32,000 nt of DNA from Vibrio alginolyticus NBRC 15630 = ATCC 17749 (GTDB taxonomy: Bacteria > Pseudomonadota > Gammaproteobacteria > Enterobacterales > Vibrionaceae). The notes beneath the pieces are model-generated. The model made no database searches. It was not told the DNA's origin and was given only the letters and a program-made list of their open reading frames with translations. How positions within the stretch are numbered: position 1 is the stretch's first letter; the number at the start of each line of letters is the position of its first letter. This document shows, in pieces, positions 1-8,228 of the stretch. Made by a program: the position numbers and the translations under genes. The stretch covers positions 2,430,001 to 2,462,000 of the forward strand of contig NC_022349.1 in assembly GCF_000354175.2 (NCBI RefSeq), in the 5' to 3' direction.

Positions 1-628
1 TGGAAGAGGGGTTTTCTCTGGCTTCACAGCACCTTGATATTAGATTCCTGATCTCGCCTAGGCTCGTCGGAATGACGGACTCATTCATTTTTAAAAAGAA
101 CAGAGGCCAATCCTAAAGTTCGTCATTTTGAACAGCAAGAGACGAGCGTGATTCAGAATCTACCAACAAAAAGTGCTGTGGAAGAGGGGGTTTTCTCTGG
201 CTTCACAGCATTTTGCTATTAGATTCCTGATCTCGCCTAGGCTCGTCGGAATGACGGATTCATTCGTTTTTTGGAAAGAACTGAGGCTAATCCCAAAGCT
301 CGTCATTCTGAACAGCGAGGGACGAGCGTGATTCAGAATCTACCAACAAAAAGTGCTGTGGAAGAGGAGTTTTCTCTAGCTTCACAACACGTTGATAGTA
401 GATTCCTGATCTCGCCTAGGCTCGTTGGAATGACGGATTCATTCGTTTAAAAAGAACCGAGGCCAATCCTAAAGCTTGCCATTCTGAACTGCGAGGGACG
501 GTCGTGATTCAGAATCTACCAACAAGAAGTGCTGTGGCAGAGGAGTTTTCTCTGACGTCATAGCATGTCGATATTTGATTTCTGATTTTGCTGAGGCTCG
601 TCGGAATGACGAGGTCTTTCTTCTCGCC
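1..628. repeat. Tandem array of a ~176-180 bp unit. Copies start at 1, 179 and 359. A degenerate 4th copy starts at 535 and runs up to the edd stop codon.
   Basis: Read directly. Each unit starts tggaagagg and ends ctaccaacaaaaagtgctg. Copies 1-3 are near-identical with scattered substitutions and indels. Each unit contains an imperfect internal inverted repeat (agattcctgatctcgcctaggctcgtcggaatgacg versus cgtcattctgaacagcgagggacgagcgtgattcagaatct). The array may continue upstream of the window. Confidence 0.9.
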
Positions 629-2425
629 TTAAACAATGAAGCTTGCGCCTTCTTCTGCGCTAGAGACGTTTTGGCGGATCACGCTAAACAAGCCTCGTCC
701 CCAGGTTTGTTGGGTAGATTCGGTGTCGAAATGAATCAACTCGCGACCAGTGGTATCGCTTAAGTTGTTCAGTTCGCCCGTTTGGCAATCAAGGCGAATC
801 AAATCACCGTTGCGCACCAAACCAATCGCGCCACCACGAATGGCTTCTGGAGAAACATGAATCGCAGACGGAATTTTACCTGACGCGCCAGATAAACGAC
901 CGTCAGTAACCAACGCCACTTTAAAGCCCGCTTTTTGCACGTTACCTAAAATTGGCATCAGCTTGTGCAGTTCAGGCATGCCGTTTGCTGCTGGGCCGTT
1001 GTGTGTGACTACAACGATGCAATCTTTGTGCAGCTCACCACGTTTGTACGCGGCTTCCACTTCATGTTGGCATTGGAATACGATCGCTGGTGCCACAATC
1101 ACGCGTTGCTCTTCTTTCACCGCAGACACTTTCACCACGGCTTTGCCTAAGTTGCCAGTCAATACGCGAGTGCCGCCAGTATTTTGGAATGTGGCGTCTG
1201 GTTTGGCGATCACGTCACCGTCTTGGCTGCCTTGGCACGATGTCCAGGTCAGTTGGCCATCGACAAGGCTCGGTAGCGTCATTTGGTCTTCAAATTCACC
1301 AAACACGGGTTTCACATCGCGATGCAAAAGCTCGGATTGGTTCAAGCGGTGCAATAACGCTGGCACGCCCCCCGCGTCTTGGAACGCGTTCATATCGGCT
1401 GGGCCGTTCGGGTAAACGCGCGCTAATAAAGGAACCACATCCGACAGATCGCTGATGTCTTGCCAGGTGAGCAAGATGCCAGCAGCACGCGCCACGGCGA
1501 TCATATGAATGGTGTGATTGGTGCTGCCGCCAGATGCAAGTAGAGCGATGATGCCGTTGACCAAGCTCTTTTCTGTGACCACCTCGGCCAGCGGACGGAA
1601 GTGTGCAGAACCCGCCGTCATTGAGGCGATTTTCAGAGCCGCGTGATTGGTTAACGCTTTACGCAGTTGGGTATGGGGATGAATGAATGCCGAACCTGGC
1701 AGCATCAAGCCCATGGCTTCGAACACCAACTGGTTGGTATTGGCGGTGCCGTAAAATGTACACGTACCCGCAGAGTGGTAAGCGCGACACTCCATATCCA
1801 GCAGAGCGTCTTTGCCGACTTCTCCCGCTGCGTATTTTTGGCGCACGTCGACTTTCTCTTCGTTGCTGATGCCTGTTGCCATCAGACCCGCTGGCACAAA
1901 CGCCGTTGGTAGGTGTGCGTAAGACAGCGCGCCCATCAGTTGCCCCGGTGCGATTTTGTCACAGATGCCAAGCAGTAATGTGGCATCAAAGACATTGTGA
2001 CTCAAAGACAACGCCGTTGATTGCGCAATTAAGTCACGCGAAAACAGCGACATATCCATGCCTGCTTGACCTTGAGTCACCCCATCGCACATCGCTGGCA
2101 CACAACCTGCGACTTGCGCCGTATGGCCGTAGTCCGCCAGCACTTTTTTGATTTGTGCTGGGTAGTCTTGGTACGGCTGGTGGGCGCTCAACATGTCGTT
2201 GTAGGCGCTGATCAGCGCGACATTGGCATGAGTAAAATCGAGAATATTTTTCTTTTCAGAAGAGCAAGAAGCGGCGACTGCATGGGCTAAGTTACCACAA
2301 GATAAACCAACACGGCCTTTGCCAGCTTCGGCTTGCACTTCGGTGCGAGCAAGAAAGGCTGCGTGCGCTTCACGGCTGCGCTCGGTCAAGCGTTGTGTGA
2401 CCTCAAGAACAACAGAGTGAGTCAT
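629..2425 (-). CDS. edd: Phosphogluconate dehydratase (Entner-Doudoroff), ILVD/EDD family
   Basis: 598-aa ORF, close to the length of E. coli Edd (~603 aa). It carries family motifs GICDKIAPG and [14 protein letters not shown]. Its start overlaps the gntK stop (TAATG). It lies in a gluconate/ED gene cluster. Confidence 0.93.
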   Translation of the reverse strand: MTHSVVLEVTQRLTERSREAHAAFLARTEVQAEAGKGRVGLSCGNLAHAVAASCSSEKKNILDFTHANVALISAYNDMLSAHQPYQDYPAQIKKVLADYGHTAQVAGCVPAMCDGVTQGQAGMDMSLFSRDLIAQSTALSLSHNVFDATLLLGICDKIAPGQLMGALSYAHLPTAFVPAGLMATGISNEEKVDVRQKYAAGEVGKDALLDMECRAYHSAGTCTFYGTANTNQLVFEAMGLMLPGSAFIHPHTQLRKALTNHAALKIASMTAGSAHFRPLAEVVTEKSLVNGIIALLASGGSTNHTIHMIAVARAAGILLTWQDISDLSDVVPLLARVYPNGPADMNAFQDAGGVPALLHRLNQSELLHRDVKPVFGEFEDQMTLPSLVDGQLTWTSCQGSQDGDVIAKPDATFQNTGGTRVLTGNLGKAVVKVSAVKEEQRVIVAPAIVFQCQHEVEAAYKRGELHKDCIVVVTHNGPAANGMPELHKLMPILGNVQKAGFKVALVTDGRLSGASGKIPSAIHVSPEAIRGGAIGLVRNGDLIRLDCQTGELNNLSDTTGRELIHFDTESTQQTWGRGLFSVIRQNVSSAEEGASFIV

Positions 2426-2949
2426 TACGCCACCTCGATCGCTTGCATTTTGATTAGCTCAGCGGCAGAGCGTTCCACCACGTCGCTGATGTCTCCGTCG
2501 ATACTGACGATCAGAGTTTGAGGCTCGTTGTCTGGGCGCTCTAGTGTCTCGAATTGGCTCTTCACCATGTTTTCTTTCATGAAGTGGCCTTTGCGCATAC
2601 GCATGCGATTAAGGATCAACTCCCTATCGCCATCAAGGAACAGGAAGGTCACGTTGTTGTTGCCTTCGCGGATCTGATCGCGGTAAATCTTTTTCAGTGC
2701 TGAACAGACAATAATGCCGTGTTCGTTTTTGCTTTCTAGGCTGTACGCCGCATCACGAATGCGTTCTAGCCATGGCTTGCGATCATCATCGTTCAGAGGC
2801 TGGCCCGATGCCATTTTCTGAATGTTCGCTCGTGGATGAAGATCATCACCATCAATGAATTTACGCCCTAGCTTTTTCGCTAGATGCTCACCAATTGTGC
2901 TTTTACCACTAGCACAAACGCCCATAACGATGACACTACTACCAGCCAT
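2425..2949 (-). CDS. gntK: Gluconokinase
   Basis: 174-aa ORF with P-loop GVCASGKST. The FIDGDDLHP...N..KM..G.PLNDDDR.PWL pattern is typical of GntK/IdnK. It is translationally coupled to edd. Confidence 0.9.
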   Translation of the reverse strand: MAGSSVIVMGVCASGKSTIGEHLAKKLGRKFIDGDDLHPRANIQKMASGQPLNDDDRKPWLERIRDAAYSLESKNEHGIIVCSALKKIYRDQIREGNNNVTFLFLDGDRELILNRMRMRKGHFMKENMVKSQFETLERPDNEPQTLIVSIDGDISDVVERSAAELIKMQAIEVA

Positions 2950-3024
2950 AACTTATCCTCATAACCAAATTTGCGCGTGATCTCAATTTTTGAATTCACT
3001 TTAAAATATGGGTTTATCTTATTC

Positions 3025-3053
3025 ATGTTATCGGTAACATGTTACCGGTAACT
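3025..3053. promoter_or_regulatory. Two overlapping GntR-type operator palindromes in the divergent gntK / permease promoter region
   Basis: ATGTTAtcggTAACAT (3025-3040) matches the E. coli GntR operator form ATGTTA-N4-TAACAT as I recall it. It shares its last AT with a second site, ATGTTAccggTAACtg (3039-3054), whose core gttaccggtaac is a perfect 12-bp palindrome. Confidence 0.7.
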
Positions 3054-3102
3054 GAAATAAATGTGAACCATAACACAAACAATAATTCTTAAAGGTGAAC
3101 CT

Positions 3103-4479
3103 ATGGAGCAATTAACCCAAGCCCCAGATCCTACGTTCCTACTGACGATTGCAGGCCTTGCCATTGCAGCGTTACTCGTTCTGATCATTAAACTGAAAGT
3201 CCATGCTTTTGCTTCCCTTACTATGGTGAGTTTAGGTACGGCAATCGCCACTGGCGTTCCTTCAGAGAAAGTCGTATCGACCATGATGGGCGGCTTCGGC
3301 GGCACGCTAGCTTCCGTGGCATTGCTGGTTGGTCTCGGTGCGATGATCGGTAAAATTCTTGAAGTGACTGGCGGTGCGAAAGTGCTGGCAGACACTTTGA
3401 TTGGTCGCTTTGGTAAAGAGCGCGCACCATTTGCTTTGGGCGTCGCTTCATTACTGTTTGGCTTCCCAATCTTCTTCGATGCTGGCCTTGTAGTGATGAT
3501 GCCAATCATCCTAAGTGTGGCGGCTCGTTTTGGTGGCTCACCAATTAAATACGCGTTGCCTGCAGCTGGTGCTTTTGCGGTTATGCACGCGTTTGTTCCA
3601 CCACACCCAGGTCCGGTTGCAGCGGCAGAATTCCTTGGCGCAAACATCGGTCTGCTATTGGTGGTGGGTATTTTGGTTGCTATTCCAACTTGGTACCTTG
3701 GCGCTTACCTATTTGGTTTGTACGCGGGCAAAAAATTCGATATCCCACTATCTAAAGCCTTCTTTAATGGCGAAGCGATGGTGGATGAGCGCAACGCACC
3801 AAAATTTGGCACGGTTATGACCATCCTTGTGCTGCCAGTCCTGCTAATCTGTTTGGATACGGTATTGAACACACTGGCGGTTGCGGGTGTGATTGATGGC
3901 AAAACGGCACTGGTTGAGTTCCTACGTATGCTAGGTAAAACCCCAGTTGCGTTGCTGATCACTTTGATTGTCTGTCTGGCTGTGTTTGCCAAAGACTACG
4001 GCATGGCAAAACTAGAAAAATTATGTGGTGAGTCATTGGCTCCTATCTGTGGTGTTATCCTAGTCACGGGTGCAGGTGGCATGTTTGGCGGCGTACTGCG
4101 TTCAAGTGGTATCGGTGATGCACTGGCTGACGTTCTTACAGACACAGGTATGCCTGTGATTGTGGCGGCGTTTGTGATTTCAACCTGTCTGCGTGTTGCT
4201 CAAGGCTCGGCAACCGTAGCGCTAACCACTACGGCGGCTCTTATCGCGCCGGTTGTGGCAGCATCAACAGGTTTGAGTGAACTCGACCTTTGCTTTATCG
4301 TAATCGCGATTGCGGGTGGTGCAACGGTACTGTCTCACTTCAATGACTCTGGTTTCTGGTTGGTATCTCGTCTGCTTGAGATGGATGAGAAAACCACATT
4401 AAAAACTTGGACGGTAATGGAAACGTTACTTGGCGGTATCGCGTTTATTATCGTCGCAACATTAAGCTTTATTCTTTAG
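3103..4479 (+). CDS. Gluconate:H+ symporter, GntP family
   Basis: 458-aa highly hydrophobic multi-TM ORF. Its size and sequence character fit GntT/GntU/GntP permeases. RBS aaaggtgaacct lies before the ATG. It sits between the GntR operators and eda. Confidence 0.88.
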   Translation: MEQLTQAPDPTFLLTIAGLAIAALLVLIIKLKVHAFASLTMVSLGTAIATGVPSEKVVSTMMGGFGGTLASVALLVGLGAMIGKILEVTGGAKVLADTLIGRFGKERAPFALGVASLLFGFPIFFDAGLVVMMPIILSVAARFGGSPIKYALPAAGAFAVMHAFVPPHPGPVAAAEFLGANIGLLLVVGILVAIPTWYLGAYLFGLYAGKKFDIPLSKAFFNGEAMVDERNAPKFGTVMTILVLPVLLICLDTVLNTLAVAGVIDGKTALVEFLRMLGKTPVALLITLIVCLAVFAKDYGMAKLEKLCGESLAPICGVILVTGAGGMFGGVLRSSGIGDALADVLTDTGMPVIVAAFVISTCLRVAQGSATVALTTTAALIAPVVAASTGLSELDLCFIVIAIAGGATVLSHFNDSGFWLVSRLLEMDEKTTLKTWTVMETLLGGIAFIIVATLSFIL

Positions 4480-4488
4480 AGGTTCCCC

Positions 4489-5100
4489 ATGACAACACTT
4501 GAACAACGATTAAGAGAAATCAAAATCGTCCCAGTTATCGCAATCAACGACGTAGCACACGCTCTGCCACTGGCAAAAGTGTTGGTAGAAAACGGTTTAC
4601 CATGTGCGGAAGTGACATTCCGCACCGAAGCGGCGGCGGAGTCGATTCGCATCATGCGTGAAGCGTACCCAGAACTGTTGATTGGCGCGGGCACCGTTCT
4701 GACCACAGAACAAGTCGACATCGCAATCGAAGCTGGCGTGGACTTTATCGTTAGCCCAGGCTTCAACCCAACCACAGTGAAATACTGTCAGCAACGTGGC
4801 GTGACTATCGTACCGGGTGTAAACAACCCAAGCTTGGTTGAGCAAGCGATGGAAATGGGTCTGCGTACGTTGAAGTTCTTCCCTGCTGAGCCATCAGGCG
4901 GCGTAAACATGCTGAAAGCACTCACGGCGGTTTACCCAGTGGAATTCATGCCAACAGGTGGCGTAAGCCCATCCAACGTGGAAGATTACCTAGCGCTGAA
5001 ATCGGTTGTAGCTTGTGGCGGTACGTGGATGGTGCCAACCGCAATGATGGACAACGGCGATTGGGAAGGCATTGCTGAATTGGTTCGCGCAGTTAAGTAA
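4489..5100 (+). CDS. eda: KDPG / 4-hydroxy-2-oxoglutarate aldolase
   Basis: 203-aa ORF with Eda hallmarks: VPVIAI, EVTFRT, GAGTVL, FIVSPG, and LKFFPAE (the Schiff-base Lys context). Confidence 0.93.
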   Translation: MTTLEQRLREIKIVPVIAINDVAHALPLAKVLVENGLPCAEVTFRTEAAAESIRIMREAYPELLIGAGTVLTTEQVDIAIEAGVDFIVSPGFNPTTVKYCQQRGVTIVPGVNNPSLVEQAMEMGLRTLKFFPAEPSGGVNMLKALTAVYPVEFMPTGGVSPSNVEDYLALKSVVACGGTWMVPTAMMDNGDWEGIAELVRAVK

Positions 5101-5150
5101 AACGCACAAACGGCTCCGAAATACCCCCGAACGTTAGAAAACGTGATACG

Positions 5151-5190
5151 AAAAAGGGTCATCAAGTTACTTGATGACCCTTTTTCTTTT
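5151..5190. terminator. Bidirectional rho-independent terminator between eda (+) and xapA (-)
   Basis: aaaaa-GGGTCATCAAG-tta-CTTGATGACCC-tttttcttttt. This is an 11-bp perfect stem flanked by an A-run and a T-run. Confidence 0.85.
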
Positions 5191-5205
5191 TGGAATGAAG
5201 CAGCT

Positions 5206-6030
5206 TTAGAAGTGATGCTTCATAAAGCGCTTAATAAAGCGAATGAAATCTGCTTCGGCTAGCTTCGCGCACTTCAATGTTTGAGCGTGAGACAATTCTA
5301 CATCTCCCAAGCCTTCTGCCATGTTGGTGATCGCACACACTGCCAATACGGGTAAGCCGCAATGCGCCGCAGAAATCACTTCTGGCACGACCGACATGCC
5401 CACGACATCACCACCGATGATTTGCATCATGCGGATTTCGGCTGCGGTCTCAAAGTTGGGGCCTGTGTAAGAGACAAACACGCCTTCATTGAGGTGAATG
5501 CCATTGGCTTTGCCGACTTCAAACGCTTCTGCGCGCAGGTCTTTGTCGTAAACATTGGCGAGGCTGAAGAATCTCGGGCCGTACTCTTCATCATTCGGAC
5601 CGATCATTGGCGATTCAGGCATGGTGTTGATGTGGTCATGAAATACCACCAGAGAACCGACATCAATACGCTCAGGGCGAAGGGAGCCTGCCGCGTTGGT
5701 GACGAGCAGAAACTCACAGCCCAGCTTTTTAAAGGTGCGCACGGGCGTGGTCATGACCTTCATTGAGCCGTGTTCGTAGTAGTGACCGCGACCTTTCATG
5801 CACACTACGTCTACGCCGCCCATGGTGCCAAGTACCAACTCACCAGAGTGGCCTTGCACGGTGCTAACCGGAAAGCCTTCGAGCTCTTCGTATGGAATGA
5901 CCACTTTGTCTTGTAGTTCGTCTGCCAATACGCCTAAGCCAGAGCCTAAAATAAACGCCGCTTTAGGTTGGAAGTTTGGTTTGCGTTCGCGAATGGTTTG
6001 TAGTGCGCCGATTACTGGATCGTGATTCAT
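5206..6030 (-). CDS. xapA: Purine/xanthosine nucleoside phosphorylase, trimeric PNP family (XapA/PunA type)
   Basis: It matches XapA-type sequence as I recall it throughout: AFILGSGLG, GFPVSTVQGHSGELV, CMKGRGHYYE, NAAGSL, YTGPNFETAAEIRMMQIIGGDVVGMSVVPE. I prefer the start at 6030 (MNHDPV...), which is preceded by agaaggtga. The ORF-track start at 6111 adds 27 poorly supported residues. Confidence 0.85.
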   Translation of the reverse strand: MNHDPVIGALQTIRERKPNFQPKAAFILGSGLGVLADELQDKVVIPYEELEGFPVSTVQGHSGELVLGTMGGVDVVCMKGRGHYYEHGSMKVMTTPVRTFKKLGCEFLLVTNAAGSLRPERIDVGSLVVFHDHINTMPESPMIGPNDEEYGPRFFSLANVYDKDLRAEAFEVGKANGIHLNEGVFVSYTGPNFETAAEIRMMQIIGGDVVGMSVVPEVISAAHCGLPVLAVCAITNMAEGLGDVELSHAQTLKCAKLAEADFIRFIKRFMKHHF

Positions 6031-6106
6031 GTTAGTCACCTTCTGGTTGTGTGTTGATTCCATTGTGTGACTTTCTGCGCTGGTTATCTTTGCTTTATTC
6101 GCTACT

Positions 6107-6129
6107 ATCATCCTTAAAAAGAGGATGAT
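6107..6129. promoter_or_regulatory. Inverted repeat in the xapA / LysR-regulator divergent intergenic region (candidate LysR-type binding site)
   Basis: ATCATCCT-taaaaag-AGGATGAT, with 8-bp perfect arms. It overlaps the upstream ATG ATG of the ORF-track start, which argues for the downstream start of the regulator. Confidence 0.35.
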
Positions 6130-6151
6130 GAAATTCGCTAGGACTCAATGC

Positions 6152-7057
6152 ATGAAGTCAGAACCATTTGAGCGCGTGACGCTGAAGATGCTGCGTTACT
6201 TTTACGAGGTCGCACAAACCAAGCATTTCACTAAGGCGGCCGAGAACCTCAATATCACCAATTCGCCGTTGAGCAATCGCATCAAAGAGTTGGAAGAGGT
6301 GCTTAACGTCAAACTGTTTGAGCGCGATTCAAGAAATGTCATGCTGACGGAGGCCGGGCGATTGTTGGAGTCCAAATGCCAACTGATTTTTCAGACCTTG
6401 GATGTCTCGCTCAATCAAGTGCAGCAAGTGGGGTTGAACCAGAGAAATATCCTGCGAGTTGGTGTGGTAAGTAGCGCATTTTGGGGCGGATTTGATCGTC
6501 TGTTACAGCGCTTCCATGCTGAGCATGACACTTATCACGCCGACATTTTTGACCTTAACCCAGAGACGCAAAAGAAGCATCTGAGCGAGAAGAAAATCGA
6601 TGTGGGCATTGTGCGTTTTGCTGATGCACTCAACATTTATCCGTATCAGTCGGTATCTTTGGGCAAAGATGTGTTTGTGGTGGCGGTGTCGGAGCAACAT
6701 GAGTTAGCCAGCAAATCTTTGCTGCGGCTCCAAGATTTAAAGACGTGTGAGTTTGCGTTTATGAGTTTGGCGAATTCTGCCTCGGCAAACTTCATCATCA
6801 ATGCCTGTCTGCAAGAAGGCTTTTCACCCCATATTGGCAAACAAGTGGTGGAGCCAAGCACCTTGATGGCGTATGTGGCAAACAGCAATACCGTGACGTT
6901 GGTGCCGTCGACGTTTTCTCAGCATCATTGGCATGGGATTCGTTTTATCAAGCTGAAAGAGTCACTGCGTGCAGACTTGTGTCTGATTCATGATGGTAAG
7001 CAGGAGAGTGCTATCAAAGCCGAGTTTATTCGCACGTTATTGGAGAATGCGAGTTAA
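6152..7057 (+). CDS. xapR: LysR-family transcriptional regulator, XapR-like
   Basis: N-terminal LysR HTH (LKMLRYFYEVAQTKHFTKAAENLNITNSPLSNRIKELEEVLNVKLFERDSRNVMLTEAG). It is divergent from xapA, as in E. coli xapA/xapR. The start is ambiguous (6125 or 6152). The gene symbol rests on context and remembered similarity only. Confidence 0.7.
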   Translation: MKSEPFERVTLKMLRYFYEVAQTKHFTKAAENLNITNSPLSNRIKELEEVLNVKLFERDSRNVMLTEAGRLLESKCQLIFQTLDVSLNQVQQVGLNQRNILRVGVVSSAFWGGFDRLLQRFHAEHDTYHADIFDLNPETQKKHLSEKKIDVGIVRFADALNIYPYQSVSLGKDVFVVAVSEQHELASKSLLRLQDLKTCEFAFMSLANSASANFIINACLQEGFSPHIGKQVVEPSTLMAYVANSNTVTLVPSTFSQHHWHGIRFIKLKESLRADLCLIHDGKQESAIKAEFIRTLLENAS

Positions 7058-7070
7058 GCATGGGCTAACA

Positions 7071-7098
7071 AAAAAGGTCACCCTAAGGTGACCTTTTC
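7071..7098 (+). terminator. Rho-independent terminator of the LysR-family gene
   Basis: aaaa-AGGTCACC-ctaa-GGTGACCT-tttc, starting 14 nt after the stop codon. Confidence 0.8.
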
Positions 7099-7184
7099 AA
7101 ATGATTCGCTGAAATCAGCAATGCGATTAGAGCGTAATTAACGCATCGTTACAAACTACCAACACGGGTTGTTTCTGAAATAAA

Positions 7185-7228
7185 TCTGGAAAGGTGCATA
7201 GGAAGAGGCTTTTGAGCCTTTTCCAGAA
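7185..7228 (-). terminator. Candidate ancestral gor terminator, now separated from gor by the island. Its 5' arm contains the left copy of the island direct repeat.
   Basis: Read on the minus strand: tctggaaaagg-ctcaaaagcctcttcctatgca-cctttccaga-tttatttc. The stem is about 10 bp with one bulge and is followed by a T-rich tract. Assignment to gor is inference from a reconstructed empty site. Confidence 0.4.
7219..7228. repeat. Left copy of the 10-bp direct repeat ttttccagaa (candidate att core)
   Basis: An identical 10-mer occurs at 15353-15362 in the same orientation. The two copies bracket the recombinase operon, the cargo and the AT-rich tail. Confidence 0.45.
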
Positions 7229-7442
7229 AAATTGGCTATTGGAACGATTTTTCCAAAAATCCGAACTCAACCTTACCATTATTCCAGAGTAAATCGTCCT
7301 ACTTTCCGCCTTTTGTTTTCAATAGGTACTTTTATAAGGTTGGTGGAACTATGATCAGAATCTAATGTCAGATGAAAATACGAGCAATGTGTAATTTACT
7401 GTGTAATAATTAATTTAAAGAGTCCCAGAAAGGCGTATCAAC

Positions 7443-8228
7443 ATGTCAGATTATAAGAAGTTGAACAATCACCCGTTAGAACTTGTTCTCGTAGAGGTGA
7501 GATACTCACCAATTCTAAATGTGAAGAAATACATCCCAGAACTACACGATCAACTTCGTGGAGATTTTCCGAACTTCAACACTGTAGTTGATAAAGCGGT
7601 GAACTTTAATAATGACCAAGTAGATTTTTCAAACATAGAAAGATGGCTATTTACATCCAAAGATGGTCAACGAGTTGTTGACATTGATCAGAATAGAGTC
7701 GTTTATGCAACGACTAAATACGATCGGTTTGATGGGTTTCAGGAAGATGTTCAGCAGATAGTTGAGGTCTTGAAAAATATTGTTAACCCGTCGATTTACA
7801 CTAGGGTGGGTCTACGTTATTGCGATAACATTACATCGTTAGATGGGGGGGATGCTGGATTATCAGAGTTAGTCGTTCCTCAGTTGTTGTTTGATGATAC
7901 ATTTAGCAATATCGGTCAAAAAGGCTTTAAGCGTCAAGAATACTTAATTGCAACAGGGACAACACATCTTGTAATAAGAACCGTTCAGACAGTTACGCCT
8001 AATGTCTTGCCTGAAGATCTCGTTTCAATAGGCTTAAAAGTCAAAGCAGATGAAACCGCTAAACTGAGGCTTCTTTTAGACTTTGACCACTTCTGGCAAG
8101 ATTCAAATAACCCGAAAGACTTTGAAGTTGATAATATTCTAGAAACGTTGTCTGGTTTACATGAGGCTTCGAGAGAAGCATTTTGGAATGCGACGACTCC
8201 GTACGCAAGGAATGAAATATGGTTGTAG
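7443..8228 (+). CDS. Uncharacterised protein resembling the TIGR04255 family (cargo gene 1)
   Basis: 261-aa ORF. The N-terminal PLELVLVEVRYSP and central RVGLRYCDNI resemble, from memory, the conserved N-terminal ...V.fe.rF.P and RiGLRYiN blocks of TIGR04255 proteins. I found no Walker A, HExxH or nuclease motif. Its stop overlaps the next gene's start by 10 nt. Confidence 0.6.
   Translation: MSDYKKLNNHPLELVLVEVRYSPILNVKKYIPELHDQLRGDFPNFNTVVDKAVNFNNDQVDFSNIERWLFTSKDGQRVVDIDQNRVVYATTKYDRFDGFQEDVQQIVEVLKNIVNPSIYTRVGLRYCDNITSLDGGDAGLSELVVPQLLFDDTFSNIGQKGFKRQEYLIATGTTHLVIRTVQTVTPNVLPEDLVSIGLKVKADETAKLRLLLDFDHFWQDSNNPKDFEVDNILETLSGLHEASREAFWNATTPYARNEIWL

Noticed and set aside
1-628. Possible CRISPR array, because of the regular ~178-bp periodicity.
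   Set aside because: The whole unit is repeated, so there is no alternation of conserved short repeats with unique spacers. The period is far larger than CRISPR repeat-plus-spacer lengths. No cas genes are nearby.
575-763. 62-aa plus-strand ORF spanning the degenerate repeat and the edd 3' end.
   Set aside because: It overlaps edd antisense and starts inside the repeat. It has no RBS and no recognisable protein features. It is most likely a chance ORF.
3042-3647. 201-aa minus-strand ORF, and other long antisense ORFs (963-1455, 1667-2290, 5362-5766, 12460-12723, 14342-14827, 25073-25504, 29925-30353).
   Set aside because: Each lies entirely antisense to a well-supported gene with clear family motifs. 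Their translations are low-complexity (Ala/Arg/Ser/Pro-rich), as expected from reading a coding strand backwards.
6031-6111. Upstream-extended starts given by the ORF track for xapA (6111), uspA (27154), gor (16764), rlmJ (17869) and the sigma54 activator (31228).
   Set aside because: In each case an internal start codon has a better-placed Shine-Dalgarno sequence. It also yields an N-terminus matching the known family N-terminus. The extensions look non-protein-like.
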